63,153 nt of DNA. It comes from an uncultured Gammaproteobacteria bacterium (lineage in GTDB: Bacteria; Patescibacteriota; Microgenomatia; UBA12405). Under the pieces are notes generated by a model. That model saw nothing but the letters and a program-made list of their open reading frames with translations, ran no database searches and was not told where the DNA came from. Of the stretch, positions 1 through 8,400 are shown piece after piece; the stretch's first letter is position 1, and every line of letters begins with the position of its first letter. The position numbers were made by a program, and so were the translations under genes. The DNA is taken from NCBI GenBank assembly GCA_964497945.1, contig CAZCFJ010000001.1, positions 1-63,153 of the forward strand, in the 5' to 3' direction.

Positions 1-74
1 TCAGGCTGGCAAAGTCTTAGCCATTTATATCAAGAAATTGATTTTAAAGAAGACAAATATCAAAAAGCCTGTGA

Positions 75-644
75 TCAATTGGTTTTAACTTTATCACCCT
101 ATTTCCCCAACTCAAAAGAATTAATCGTCTCGAAGGTTACGATATTTCTAACTTAGGCTCTAAAGTTTTTGTTGGGGCTATGACGGTTTATCAAAATGGC
201 AAAATTGATACTTCTCAATACCGTCAATTTAAAATTGACAGTAAGATTACTCCTGATGATCAATTTATGATCAAAGAAATTATTTATCGTCGCCTCAAAC
301 ATCCAGAGTGGGGAATTCCGGATTTAATTGTAGTTGATGGTGGTAAACCCCAAGTCTCCGCTGCTGTTGCTGCTGTAGAGACGTTGTGTGCAACGTCTCT
401 ACAGAACAAAAACTTATTACCTAATATCCAGAATCTAACATCTAGTATCTCCATTATTGGCCTAGCCAAGAAACTTGAAACTATTATTATAAAAACTAAC
501 ATTGATGGTTGCCTGCCCGCCGATTGGCGGGAAATTAATTTACCCAAAAACTCGCCGGCTCTTCAATTACTTCAGCAAATTCGTGACGAAGCCCACCGCT
601 TTTCCAATCGCTATCGCAAAAATATCCTATCAAAAAGGTTATAA
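75..644 (+). CDS. uvrC: Excinuclease ABC subunit C (UvrC), C-terminal endonuclease/HhH part. The frame is open from 75, the first ATG is at 180, and the upstream part of the gene lies in another frame (1-153).
   Basis: Translation contains LEGYDISNLG (129-158, RIExxDxSx-type motif), VVDGGKPQ, IIGLAKK and the C-terminal QIRDEAHRFSNRYR, all typical of UvrC. Confidence 0.85.
   Translation, partial: SIGFNFITLFPQLKRINRLEGYDISNLGSKVFVGAMTVYQNGKIDTSQYRQFKIDSKITPDDQFMIKEIIYRRLKHPEWGIPDLIVVDGGKPQVSAAVAAVETLCATSLQNKNLLPNIQNLTSSISIIGLAKKLETIIIKTNIDGCLPADWREINLPKNSPALQLLQQIRDEAHRFSNRYRKNILSKRL
373..404. repeat. Perfect palindrome (14-bp stem, 4-nt loop) inside the uvrC coding sequence
   Basis: ctgtagagacgttg-tgtg-caacgtctctacag read directly. 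Confidence 0.9.
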
Positions 645-653
645 TACAAATAT

Positions 654-1643
654 ATGGCTTCAGAATCATTTCTAGATCGTACTGATACTCTATCTCCCGG
701 AGATATTTCAAAACGCTGTGACACCATCATTGGTCATTTCCAAACTTCTTATCCTAGGTTTGATTTAGAATATTTTAGAGGTAAAGGCATGTATACTCAT
801 ACCTCAATCGATCAGGATTTGGCTCTTTTAGAAAAAATTAAAAAAGATTTTACTCAAAAAAACAGTTCTTATCCCAAATCAGATCAAGAAAAAATGGCTC
901 ATTCAAGGAAAAGAAGTGAAGCTTTAGAAATAATTATTGCTGATCAAATAGAAACTAGCGATTGGTTTGGTGATACTGCACTACTTTTTAGAACCACCGA
1001 ATATGATGATTATGTTAATGGTGTCGATGCTGTAGTCGAATTTGATCAACCAGATGGTGATCATCGGATTGCTTTAGCAGTCGATTCAACCAGTAAAACT
1101 GAACTTCAAACTCTTGTTCCAAAAATCGATAGAAATATTTCTAAAATATTGACCAATAGATGCGGAGTTAGGTATTATGAATCTCCTCGTTTAGATAACC
1201 CTTACATTGGGCCACTCGTCGACATTATTCCTGTTGTTGTTGGGCTTGAAGCTCATCATACCAACGATTTAGTTACCTCTTTTGCCAGACTTCTTGATTT
1301 AGAACGGTCCAGTCAAGATCCAAACACTTCAAGTAATCTTAAAGTAATTCTACGAAACGAATTCCATCAACTTAGAAGAAAAATAGAAAAAGATCCTACC
1401 CAAATTATTTTTCTTGAAGAAATAAAATCTCAATTAGAGATGTATCGCTCTATTCTTAATCGGGAAAATAACCCTCAAATTCATATTTCAACTCACAAAT
1501 TAGACGGAATTATAGAAATAGTTAATGGAATAATTACATCCAAAGAACCAATAAAAGTAGATCTTGAATCAAAAATACCCCAAGGCGATGCAGTTTTTAA
1601 TTTAATCAAATATTCATCTCAAAAAAAACAAAAGTCGTTTTAA
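654..1643 (+). CDS. Hypothetical protein (329 aa), no family recognised
   Basis: Long ORF 9 nt after uvrC with a coding-like composition. No motif I can assign. Confidence 0.6.
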   Translation: MASESFLDRTDTLSPGDISKRCDTIIGHFQTSYPRFDLEYFRGKGMYTHTSIDQDLALLEKIKKDFTQKNSSYPKSDQEKMAHSRKRSEALEIIIADQIETSDWFGDTALLFRTTEYDDYVNGVDAVVEFDQPDGDHRIALAVDSTSKTELQTLVPKIDRNISKILTNRCGVRYYESPRLDNPYIGPLVDIIPVVVGLEAHHTNDLVTSFARLLDLERSSQDPNTSSNLKVILRNEFHQLRRKIEKDPTQIIFLEEIKSQLEMYRSILNRENNPQIHISTHKLDGIIEIVNGIITSKEPIKVDLESKIPQGDAVFNLIKYSSQKKQKSF

Positions 1644-1644
1644 C

Positions 1645-2265
1645 CTAATTACGCCTAAGTCCCAATTTGATTTTTTTAATTAACCCCATTTTATCTTGAC
1701 GATTCATTTTTAATTCACCACTTTCTGCCATCCACACAATTGACCCTTCATCAAATGACATAGTAACCCTCTTTCCATCGTGTCTTCCGATAAAACTATA
1801 TTCGGCTTTTGTTAACAACCTATACGGCTTTCGGTTATCTTTTTGTTTCCATTTTCCTGTTTCTCTATCTAAAAATCTTTGAGCCACAACCAAATTCGAT
1901 AAATAACCACTATAATATCTCCCATCACGTTTACCAGTTATCGCGGTTGCCACTCGCATTACTCGCTGGTGTTCAATTGGCACCCCAACAAAAAAATCAG
2001 CTTCCATATTTGGTCTACCGCAAATATCTCTATAACTATCTGTTTTAAAAACAGGTTGGCTTGTTTTGGTAACTATTACAACATCTTCACGATCTAACAA
2101 TTCATCTAAATCCAACCTTTCGTTTAATAAATATTTATCTTGTTTATCACTATCCCCATTAGGATGCCCATTAATCGACTCAAGCTCATTAGGATTTATT
2201 GAAGAAGGAAAATCTGAAAAAGTTAAAAATTCATCCTGATCAAAAATATCTAAACCTTCCTGCAT
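1645..2265 (-). CDS. Hypothetical protein (206 aa) with an acidic N-terminus and a basic C-terminal half
   Basis: Long ORF, tail-to-tail with the 654-1643 gene (1 nt between stops). No recognisable motif. Confidence 0.55.
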   Translation of the reverse strand: MQEGLDIFDQDEFLTFSDFPSSINPNELESINGHPNGDSDKQDKYLLNERLDLDELLDREDVVIVTKTSQPVFKTDSYRDICGRPNMEADFFVGVPIEHQRVMRVATAITGKRDGRYYSGYLSNLVVAQRFLDRETGKWKQKDNRKPYRLLTKAEYSFIGRHDGKRVTMSFDEGSIVWMAESGELKMNRQDKMGLIKKIKLGLRRN

Positions 2266-2297
2266 ATATTATATATACCTATAATATGTAAATTATA

Positions 2298-3758
2298 TCA
2301 TTTTTTCTCTTCCGGTTCAAATTTCATTGTTTTTCGAATGTGATCTTTTGCATTACTCGTCCTCACTATATCGATCCAATTTTTGTTGACATTCAATTTT
2401 TTACCCAACAGTACTTCTACTAAATCTCCATTTTTTAATTGATCATTAATTTTACCCATTTTACCGTTTATTTTTACACCAATACATCTGTCTCCCACAC
2501 TGGTATGTATTCGGTAAGCAAAATCCAAAGCTGTACTCCCTTTTGGTAATTGAATTGTGTCTCCTTTAGGAGTGAATACATAAATATAACTAGTCAGTAC
2601 CTTTAGCTGGTAATTATTAACATTATTATCACCCATTTGCCATTTAACTAGATCTTTTACCCATTCCATTCCCATTGATCCGCTACTAACACCTTTTCCC
2701 ATTTTATAAGCAATATGTGACGCTGGACCGAATTCATTAAATTCATGCATTTCTTTGGTTTTAATTTGAATTTCTACAGTCAAACCATCCCTCCAGGCGA
2801 TTGTTGTTTGTATTGATCGGTAACCATTTGGTTTTGGTGCTGAAATATAATCCTCAAATTCTTCCGGTAATGACCTATATTTTGCATGTAATAAACCCAA
2901 AACTGTATAGCACTCTACTAAACTATTGGTTAGTACTCTTATAGCTACTCTGTCTTTAACTTGATAAGATTCACCCTTTTTCTTTATTTTTGAAAATGTA
3001 CTGTAAAGACTTTTAATTCTGCCTTCAACAATAACATTATCAATATTATTTACTTTAAGTATCCTTTCAATTTCTGTTGTCACTAAATTCAACGCTTTAA
3101 TTTCATCTTTTTCTCTTTCTTTAAATAATTTTTGAATTCTTTCTGCCTCTTGAGGGTAGAGAATTTGAAAAGCAATATCTTCCAATCGTTTTTTAAAATA
3201 ATGAAGACCCACATATTCCGCCAATGGTCCATAAATTTGCATAATATTTTTGGCATACAATATTTGCCTTTCTTTTGGCAAATATTCAATAGTTAAACTA
3301 TTATGTAACTTATCTACCAATCTAATTATTAACACTCTTACGTCATTAACTGAGGAAAAGAAAAATTTTCTGAATTCTTCAATACTAGTTTGATTAATTT
3401 TAATTCCTGAAGTTTTTGTTTTTACTTCTGTTAGACCAGAAACCAACAATGCCACCTCATCTCCAAACTCACCAGCAATGTCTTCAATTGTAACTTTTGT
3501 GTCTTCTACACAATCATGCAACAAAGCGACGATCACTGCCTCTTGACCAATATTTAACTGAGCCACTACTTTAGCAATCCATGCTGGATGGGAGATATAA
3601 GGTTCGCCAGAATATCTTTTTTGACCATCATGAGCTTCAGCCATAAAATCATAAGCCCGTTTAATTACATTTCTATCTAAATTTGGCACTTTAGATATTG
3701 TTGTCTCTAAATCTTGCCAATAATTATCGTTAAAAGATAAATCTAGACCCATTCCCAA
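2298..3758 (-). CDS. rel: Bifunctional (p)ppGpp synthetase/hydrolase of the Rel/SpoT family, short form ending just after the TGS domain
   Basis: HD motifs HDGQKRYSGEPYISHP and LLHDCVEDT. Synthetase motifs GRIKSLYSTFSKIKKKG, DRVAIRV and EIQIKTKEMHEFNEFGPASHIAYK. TGS segment VFTPKGDTIQLPKGSTALDFAYRIHTSVGDRCIGVKINGK. Confidence 0.9.
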   Translation of the reverse strand: MGMGLDLSFNDNYWQDLETTISKVPNLDRNVIKRAYDFMAEAHDGQKRYSGEPYISHPAWIAKVVAQLNIGQEAVIVALLHDCVEDTKVTIEDIAGEFGDEVALLVSGLTEVKTKTSGIKINQTSIEEFRKFFFSSVNDVRVLIIRLVDKLHNSLTIEYLPKERQILYAKNIMQIYGPLAEYVGLHYFKKRLEDIAFQILYPQEAERIQKLFKEREKDEIKALNLVTTEIERILKVNNIDNVIVEGRIKSLYSTFSKIKKKGESYQVKDRVAIRVLTNSLVECYTVLGLLHAKYRSLPEEFEDYISAPKPNGYRSIQTTIAWRDGLTVEIQIKTKEMHEFNEFGPASHIAYKMGKGVSSGSMGMEWVKDLVKWQMGDNNVNNYQLKVLTSYIYVFTPKGDTIQLPKGSTALDFAYRIHTSVGDRCIGVKINGKMGKINDQLKNGDLVEVLLGKKLNVNKNWIDIVRTSNAKDHIRKTMKFEPEEKK

Positions 3759-3775
3759 TTTTACCCCAAAATCAA

Positions 3776-4567
3776 TTAGATTCTCTCAGCAAAAACCAAT
3801 AATCTTTGCCAATTAGTTCCAATTGGCCAACATGTTTGCAAAATTAATATTTCTTTGTCTTTATCTGTGTAGTTTAAGTAATCAGTATCTTTCGATTTAA
3901 TGATTTTTTCAGTATATACCCGATATGTAAAAATATTACCCTTATAACTTATTAGAATATCATCTCCGTCTTTCATTTCTCCAAGTAAATAAAAGACTGC
4001 ATTATCTCTGGCATCCAACACTCCCTGTTGACTCGAATGAGCAAATAAATAAACCGCTGTTCCTTTACCACCCCCAGGCAACGATGATTCATCTGAATGA
4101 GCTACCACATTATTTTTTAAAACTCTCAGATACTCTTCTTTTGAATAAGGTGACACATTTGCTTGTATCTTCGTATTTGCGCCAATCTTAGGTATATTTA
4201 TTCTAAATTCATCAGTATTTGCTTTTGGTAAGGGTGTTGGACTAGGTTCAATAACCAAAGTTGGTTGTAAGACCGGTGTCACAGTATTAACTTTAGTTGG
4301 TGTTGTTACTAAATTATTAGTTTGAGTTATTTTTTTTACCTCAGCTAAAACCTTATTTTGATCAATCAATTTATAGCGCATCCAGCTCATCATTATAGGG
4401 CTATATATATATAGTATCCCAACCACAGAGAATAAAGATAAAATACTGCCAAAATAAAAAATAATTTTTTTCCACCACCTAGGATTACTGTAAATTACAC
4501 CACCAGATTTTCTTATCTTGACGTGTCTTTTTTCGGGTGTTATTTTAAAAAAGTTGTTTAAAATCAC
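3776..4567 (-). CDS. Sortase-family transpeptidase, N-terminally membrane anchored
   Basis: N-terminal TM segment, a His motif (VYLFAHSS) and a catalytic TLxTC-like motif (ILILQTCWP) near the C-terminus. Confidence 0.75.
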   Translation of the reverse strand: MILNNFFKITPEKRHVKIRKSGGVIYSNPRWWKKIIFYFGSILSLFSVVGILYIYSPIMMSWMRYKLIDQNKVLAEVKKITQTNNLVTTPTKVNTVTPVLQPTLVIEPSPTPLPKANTDEFRINIPKIGANTKIQANVSPYSKEEYLRVLKNNVVAHSDESSLPGGGKGTAVYLFAHSSQQGVLDARDNAVFYLLGEMKDGDDILISYKGNIFTYRVYTEKIIKSKDTDYLNYTDKDKEILILQTCWPIGTNWQRLLVFAERI

Positions 4568-4592
4568 AACTAATTAAACCATTAATTCTTAT

Positions 4593-4621
4593 TTGACAAA
4601 AGGCCTCCGTTGCCTTAACAT
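4593..4621 (+). promoter_or_regulatory. Candidate sigma70-type promoter for greA (TTGACA-17 nt-TAACAT)
   Basis: Perfect -35 ttgaca at 4593-4598, a 17-nt spacer, and -10 taacat at 4616-4621 (4/6 match). Confidence 0.4.
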
Positions 4622-4685
4622 ACTAACTCAATATCTGCTTCTCCCGTGCAGAATTTAAACACTTCGGGAGTATTTTTTTATAAAC

Positions 4686-5144
4686 ATGAACCAAAAGAAT
4701 CTTTTGACCAAGGCCGGTTATGATCAGTTGACTCAACAACTTAAAGATTTAAAAGATAAACAAGATCATTTGATTACCCAAATTGAAGATGTTGCTCAGC
4801 CAGATGAATCGGGTGAGGATGGCTTAGCCTCTCAACTCAAAGAGGAGCTTGAAGTTACTAATACTCAAATTGAACAAATTGAAGAAACTTTAGAATCTAG
4901 TGAAATTATCAGCGACAAAACTTCTTTTGATGCTATTCAGGTTGGTTGTAAAGTCAAAATCAAAATTGCTGCTTCTACCAAAGAGTTTTTCATTGTTAAT
5001 CAACTCGAATCCGACCCAACTATCAACAAAATTTCTGATCAATCTCCGTTAGGCAAAGCCTTAATTGGCAAAAAAGTTAATGATGAAATTGAAGTTGAAG
5101 CTCCAGTTGGCAAAATTGTCTACAAAATCGTCTCTATCAACTAA
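4686..5144 (+). CDS. greA: Transcription elongation factor GreA
   Basis: N-terminal coiled-coil region (LTKAGYDQLTQQLKDLK) and C-terminal SDQSPLGKALIGKKVNDEIEVEAPVGKIVYKIVSI. The 152-aa size fits GreA. Confidence 0.9.
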   Translation: MNQKNLLTKAGYDQLTQQLKDLKDKQDHLITQIEDVAQPDESGEDGLASQLKEELEVTNTQIEQIEETLESSEIISDKTSFDAIQVGCKVKIKIAASTKEFFIVNQLESDPTINKISDQSPLGKALIGKKVNDEIEVEAPVGKIVYKIVSIN

Positions 5145-5173
5145 TTTGTCCTTCGGTATAGTAAAATAGTTTC

Positions 5174-6634
5174 ATGGCAGATATAAAGCTAAACGAACTT
5201 CAAAAGCAGCGCTTAGACAAACTGGAAAAAATTAAGTCTCTTGGGTTTAATCCGTACCCCCAACCAAATTTATCTCAAAAATCTTCTGTTGCTGACGCTC
5301 GCCAACAAATGGATAAGTCAGTCGAAGTCGCTGGTCGTTTAATGTCGCTTCGTGGTCACGGTAAAATTCTTTTTGCTGATTTACACGATCAAACAGGAAA
5401 AATTCAACTTTTCTTTCAAGAAAAAATTCTTGCTGAAAAAATGGATCAAACCAAACTTTTAGATTTGGGTGACATCATTTCTGTCTGTGGTGAAGTCTTT
5501 AAAACTACCGCCGGCGAAACCACCATCAATGTCTATAAATTTGAAATCTTATCTAAAAATCTTCGCCCACTTCCTGAAAAATGGCATGGTTTAAAAGATG
5601 TTGAAGAACGTTACCGTCAACGCTATGTTGATCTTATCGTTAACCCTGAAACCCGTGAAGTCTTTAAAACTCGAACGAAAATTCTAACCGAAATGCGTCG
5701 TTTTCTTGATGATCACGATTTTATGGAAGTTGAAACTCCGGTTCTTCAACCAGTTTATGGTGGAGCTTCTGCTAAACCATTTGTCACCCATCACAACACG
5801 CTCGATATGGACATGTATCTTCGTATTTCTGATGAACTTTATCTCAAAAGACTAATTGTTGGTGGTTTTGAAAAAGTTTACGAAGTCAGTCGTGATTTTC
5901 GCAACGAAGGCGTTTCTCGTTTTCACAATCCAGAATTTACTCAAATTGAATTTTATTGGGCCTATGTCGATTATGAAGTTTTAATGGAATTTACTGAGGA
6001 ACTTGTCAAAAATATTATTAAAATAGTCAAAGGCGATCTTAAATTTTCTTTTCAAGGAACCGATCTCGATTTTAGTAAACCAATTGAAAGAATTACTTTT
6101 ACTGATGTCATCAAAAAATATACCGGTATTAATATCGATCAAATTCACACTGAAGAAGATTTTAAACAGGTTCTTGCTGACAAAAATCTTAAAGTCGATA
6201 TGAAAGGTGTTGTTGGTCTTGGGGCTTGTTTTGATGCACTTTACAAAGAACATATCCGACCAAACATTGTTGGGCCGGCTTTTATTTGTGATTATCCGGC
6301 TGAAATGATTGCCCTTGCCAAACGCAAAGCCGATAATCCCAGCAAAATTTCTTCATTCCAATTGCTTATCTGTGGTACCGAATTCCTCAAAGCTTACAAT
6401 GAATTAAACGATCCCAAAGATCAATCCGATCGTTGGCTTGACGAAGTCGCTCTCGAAAAGAAAGGCAATGAAACTGCCATGCAATTTGACAGTGATTATA
6501 TTCGCGCTCTCGAATATGGTATGCCACCAACTGCTGGTTGGGGTATGGGCATCGATCGTTTTACTCAACTTCTCACCGACCAATCCACCATCAAAGACGT
6601 TATTCTCTTTCCAGCTATGAGAAACGAAGAGTAA
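5174..6634 (+). CDS. lysS: Lysyl-tRNA synthetase, class II
   Basis: Contains ERYRQRYVDLIVNPE, FRNEGVSRFHNPEFTQIEFYWAY and PPTAGWGMGIDR. Confidence 0.95.
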   Translation: MADIKLNELQKQRLDKLEKIKSLGFNPYPQPNLSQKSSVADARQQMDKSVEVAGRLMSLRGHGKILFADLHDQTGKIQLFFQEKILAEKMDQTKLLDLGDIISVCGEVFKTTAGETTINVYKFEILSKNLRPLPEKWHGLKDVEERYRQRYVDLIVNPETREVFKTRTKILTEMRRFLDDHDFMEVETPVLQPVYGGASAKPFVTHHNTLDMDMYLRISDELYLKRLIVGGFEKVYEVSRDFRNEGVSRFHNPEFTQIEFYWAYVDYEVLMEFTEELVKNIIKIVKGDLKFSFQGTDLDFSKPIERITFTDVIKKYTGINIDQIHTEEDFKQVLADKNLKVDMKGVVGLGACFDALYKEHIRPNIVGPAFICDYPAEMIALAKRKADNPSKISSFQLLICGTEFLKAYNELNDPKDQSDRWLDEVALEKKGNETAMQFDSDYIRALEYGMPPTAGWGMGIDRFTQLLTDQSTIKDVILFPAMRNEE

Positions 6635-6643
6635 AATAAATCA

Positions 6644-7303
6644 ATGAAATTACTCCTCACTTCAGCTGGCATTACCAATCAAACTATTCTGCAGGGTCTT
6701 GATGAATTGGCTGGCAAACCCTTAGATCAGTTGAAAGTTGCTTTTATCCCGACAGCCGCCAATTTAGAATCCGGGGATAAAGATTGGCTTATTGACGACC
6801 TTCGTCGTTTAAGTTTTTTAAAATTTAAACAAATTGATATCGTCGATATCTCTGCTCTTCCAAAAGAAATTTGGCAAAAAAGATTAGAAGAATCTGATGT
6901 TTTATTTGTCGAAGGTGGTAACACTTATCATTTAATGTATTGGTTTAATCAATCCGGTCTATCAAAAATTCTTCCAAAATTATTAGAAACTAGAATTTAT
7001 ATTGGTGTTAGCGCTGGTACAATTATTACCACTCCAAGTATAATTAACGCCGATTTTGAGGCTAAACCTCTCAAAGAAATTCATGAAGAAATTTTTCATG
7101 ATGGGTTAAATTTGGTTGATTTTATGGTTGAACCACATGTTAATTCTGAATATTTTCCCGAGTCAACTCTAAAAAATTTAGAAACTCGATCACAAAAATA
7201 TCAATATCCTATTTACGCTATTGATGATGAAACAGCCATTAAAGTTGATGGTGATAATATAGAAGTTATTAGTAATGGAGTTTGGAAAAAATTTGAAAAA
7301 TAA
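6644..7303 (+). CDS. Peptidase S51 family (dipeptidase E-like)
   Basis: Contains KLLLTSAG, FVEGGNTYHL and the nucleophile-elbow-like IGVSAGTII. Confidence 0.7.
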   Translation: MKLLLTSAGITNQTILQGLDELAGKPLDQLKVAFIPTAANLESGDKDWLIDDLRRLSFLKFKQIDIVDISALPKEIWQKRLEESDVLFVEGGNTYHLMYWFNQSGLSKILPKLLETRIYIGVSAGTIITTPSIINADFEAKPLKEIHEEIFHDGLNLVDFMVEPHVNSEYFPESTLKNLETRSQKYQYPIYAIDDETAIKVDGDNIEVISNGVWKKFEK

Positions 7304-7305
7304 TT

Positions 7306-7896
7306 ATGAATCGAGAAAATTATTTAAACGCTGTTAAAAATTCATTGGAACAAAATATTTTTTATCATTCTTTGGCTTTGGAAGCCTGTATGGGTGGAAT
7401 TTATGATTATTTTTCTCAAAACAATTTACTTAAATCAGATGAATTATCACGAGAGGATTGGACTTTAGCTGGTCTAATTCATGACATTGATTATGTCGGT
7501 GAATTTAAAGAATCTCACCCCAACAAAACCAGGGAAGCTCTCTCAAAATTTAATTTAGAAATTACTGATGACGTCGACAAGTTAGTCAAATCACACGCTC
7601 CCAAAATTTCTGGAATTAATCCGACCACTCAAGCTCAATGGTCTATTTTTTGTGCCGACAGTTTAACTGGTTTAATTGTCGCCGTTGCTTTTGTTTATCC
7701 TTCTCGAAAATTAAGTGATGTTAAAGTCAGTTCAGTTCACAAAAGATTTCTCAAAGAACCTCGTTTTGCTGCCGGCACCCGCCGCGATGAAGTCAAAATG
7801 TGTGAGTTATCAGAAGGTCTAAATATTCCTCTCGAAAAATTTATTGAAATTTGTCTTACTTCCATGCAACAGATCGCCCCAGAAATTGGGTTATAA
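7306..7896 (+). CDS. HD-domain metal-dependent phosphohydrolase
   Basis: HD signature LAGLIHDIDYV; about 196 aa. Confidence 0.6.
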   Translation: MNRENYLNAVKNSLEQNIFYHSLALEACMGGIYDYFSQNNLLKSDELSREDWTLAGLIHDIDYVGEFKESHPNKTREALSKFNLEITDDVDKLVKSHAPKISGINPTTQAQWSIFCADSLTGLIVAVAFVYPSRKLSDVKVSSVHKRFLKEPRFAAGTRRDEVKMCELSEGLNIPLEKFIEICLTSMQQIAPEIGL

Positions 7897-8257
7897 TTAC
7901 TCTGTGAGTCAATCATTAATTCTCGCCAAAAGTTTTCTTAATCAAATAGTTGAAGTAGTTATTGATAAACCACTGGGATGTACTTATTCAAAATATAAAA
8001 CCTATTTTGAGGTTAACTATGGTTTTATTCCTAATACAAAAGCTCCGGATGGTGAAGAATTAGACGCCTATGTTCTAAAAGTTGACCAGCCTTTAGAAAA
8101 ATTTGTTGGTAGGGTAGTGGCTATCATTCATCGTCTCAATGATGACGATGATAAATTAATTGTCGTTCCCGACGGTGAAACCATTACCGATGAAGAAATT
8201 AATAAACTAACTCATTTTCAAGAACAATTTTTCCAACACCAAATAATTAGAAAATAA
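7844..8257 (+). CDS. Short inorganic-pyrophosphatase-like protein. The start is uncertain: ATG 7844 overlaps the upstream gene by 53 nt, and GTG 7904 is an alternative.
   Basis: Contains NYGFIPNT, PDGEELDAYVL and NDDDDKLIVV, which resemble the family I PPase motifs NYGFIPxT, DGDPLDVLV and DxxDxKI. It is shorter than a typical PPase. Confidence 0.5.
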   Translation: MKFVLLPCNRSPQKLGYNYSVSQSLILAKSFLNQIVEVVIDKPLGCTYSKYKTYFEVNYGFIPNTKAPDGEELDAYVLKVDQPLEKFVGRVVAIIHRLNDDDDKLIVVPDGETITDEEINKLTHFQEQFFQHQIIRK

Positions 8258-8382
8258 AATAAATAAAGGCTTCTCCCTTTTTTACTTGCCCGCCTGTGGA
8301 GGGAGGGGAGATGTTGAACGAAGTGAAACAGAGAGGTTTTGTCTTTTGCGTTTAATCTGCGTAGATTTTAGCCCTTAATCTC

Positions 8383-8391
8383 TGTTAAAAT
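8383..8391 (+). promoter_or_regulatory. Candidate extended -10 promoter element (TGtTAAAAT) for serS
   Basis: tgttaaaat ends 9 nt before ATG 8401. Confidence 0.35.
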
Positions 8392-8400
8392 ATTCCAATT

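Noticed and set aside
284-547. An 87-aa antisense ORF inside uvrC, and the many similar 60-125-aa ORFs in the track that are nested in or antisense to long genes. Examples are 1809-2048, 3089-3289, 5981-6253, 9332-9591, 10718-11035, 11202-11576, 12180-12467, 14644-14928, 20537-20827, 26932-27198, 57575-57865 and 57871-58185.
   Set aside because: Each lies fully within a longer ORF that has clear family motifs. Their translations are low-complexity, with no motifs and no independent start context. Such ORFs are expected by chance in alternative frames of AT-rich genes.
654-2265. Toxin-antitoxin or defence pair formed by the two orphan genes
   Set aside because: The genes are convergent rather than co-transcribed. 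Both are large, and neither shows nuclease, kinase, ATPase or other defence-associated motifs that I can recognise.
7844-7903. A 53-nt same-strand overlap between the HD hydrolase and the PPase-like gene, as evidence of a fusion or frameshift
   Set aside because: The two ORFs are in different frames, and each has its own motifs. An in-frame GTG at 7904, just after the upstream stop, gives a normal non-overlapping start, so a start-codon ambiguity explains the overlap most simply.
8258-8400. T-box riboswitch upstream of serS
   Set aside because: The gap is only 143 nt, shorter than typical T-box leaders. I find no T-box consensus (GGGTGGTACCGCG-like) and no specifier/antiterminator architecture. 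The GC-rich island is reported as an unexplained element instead.
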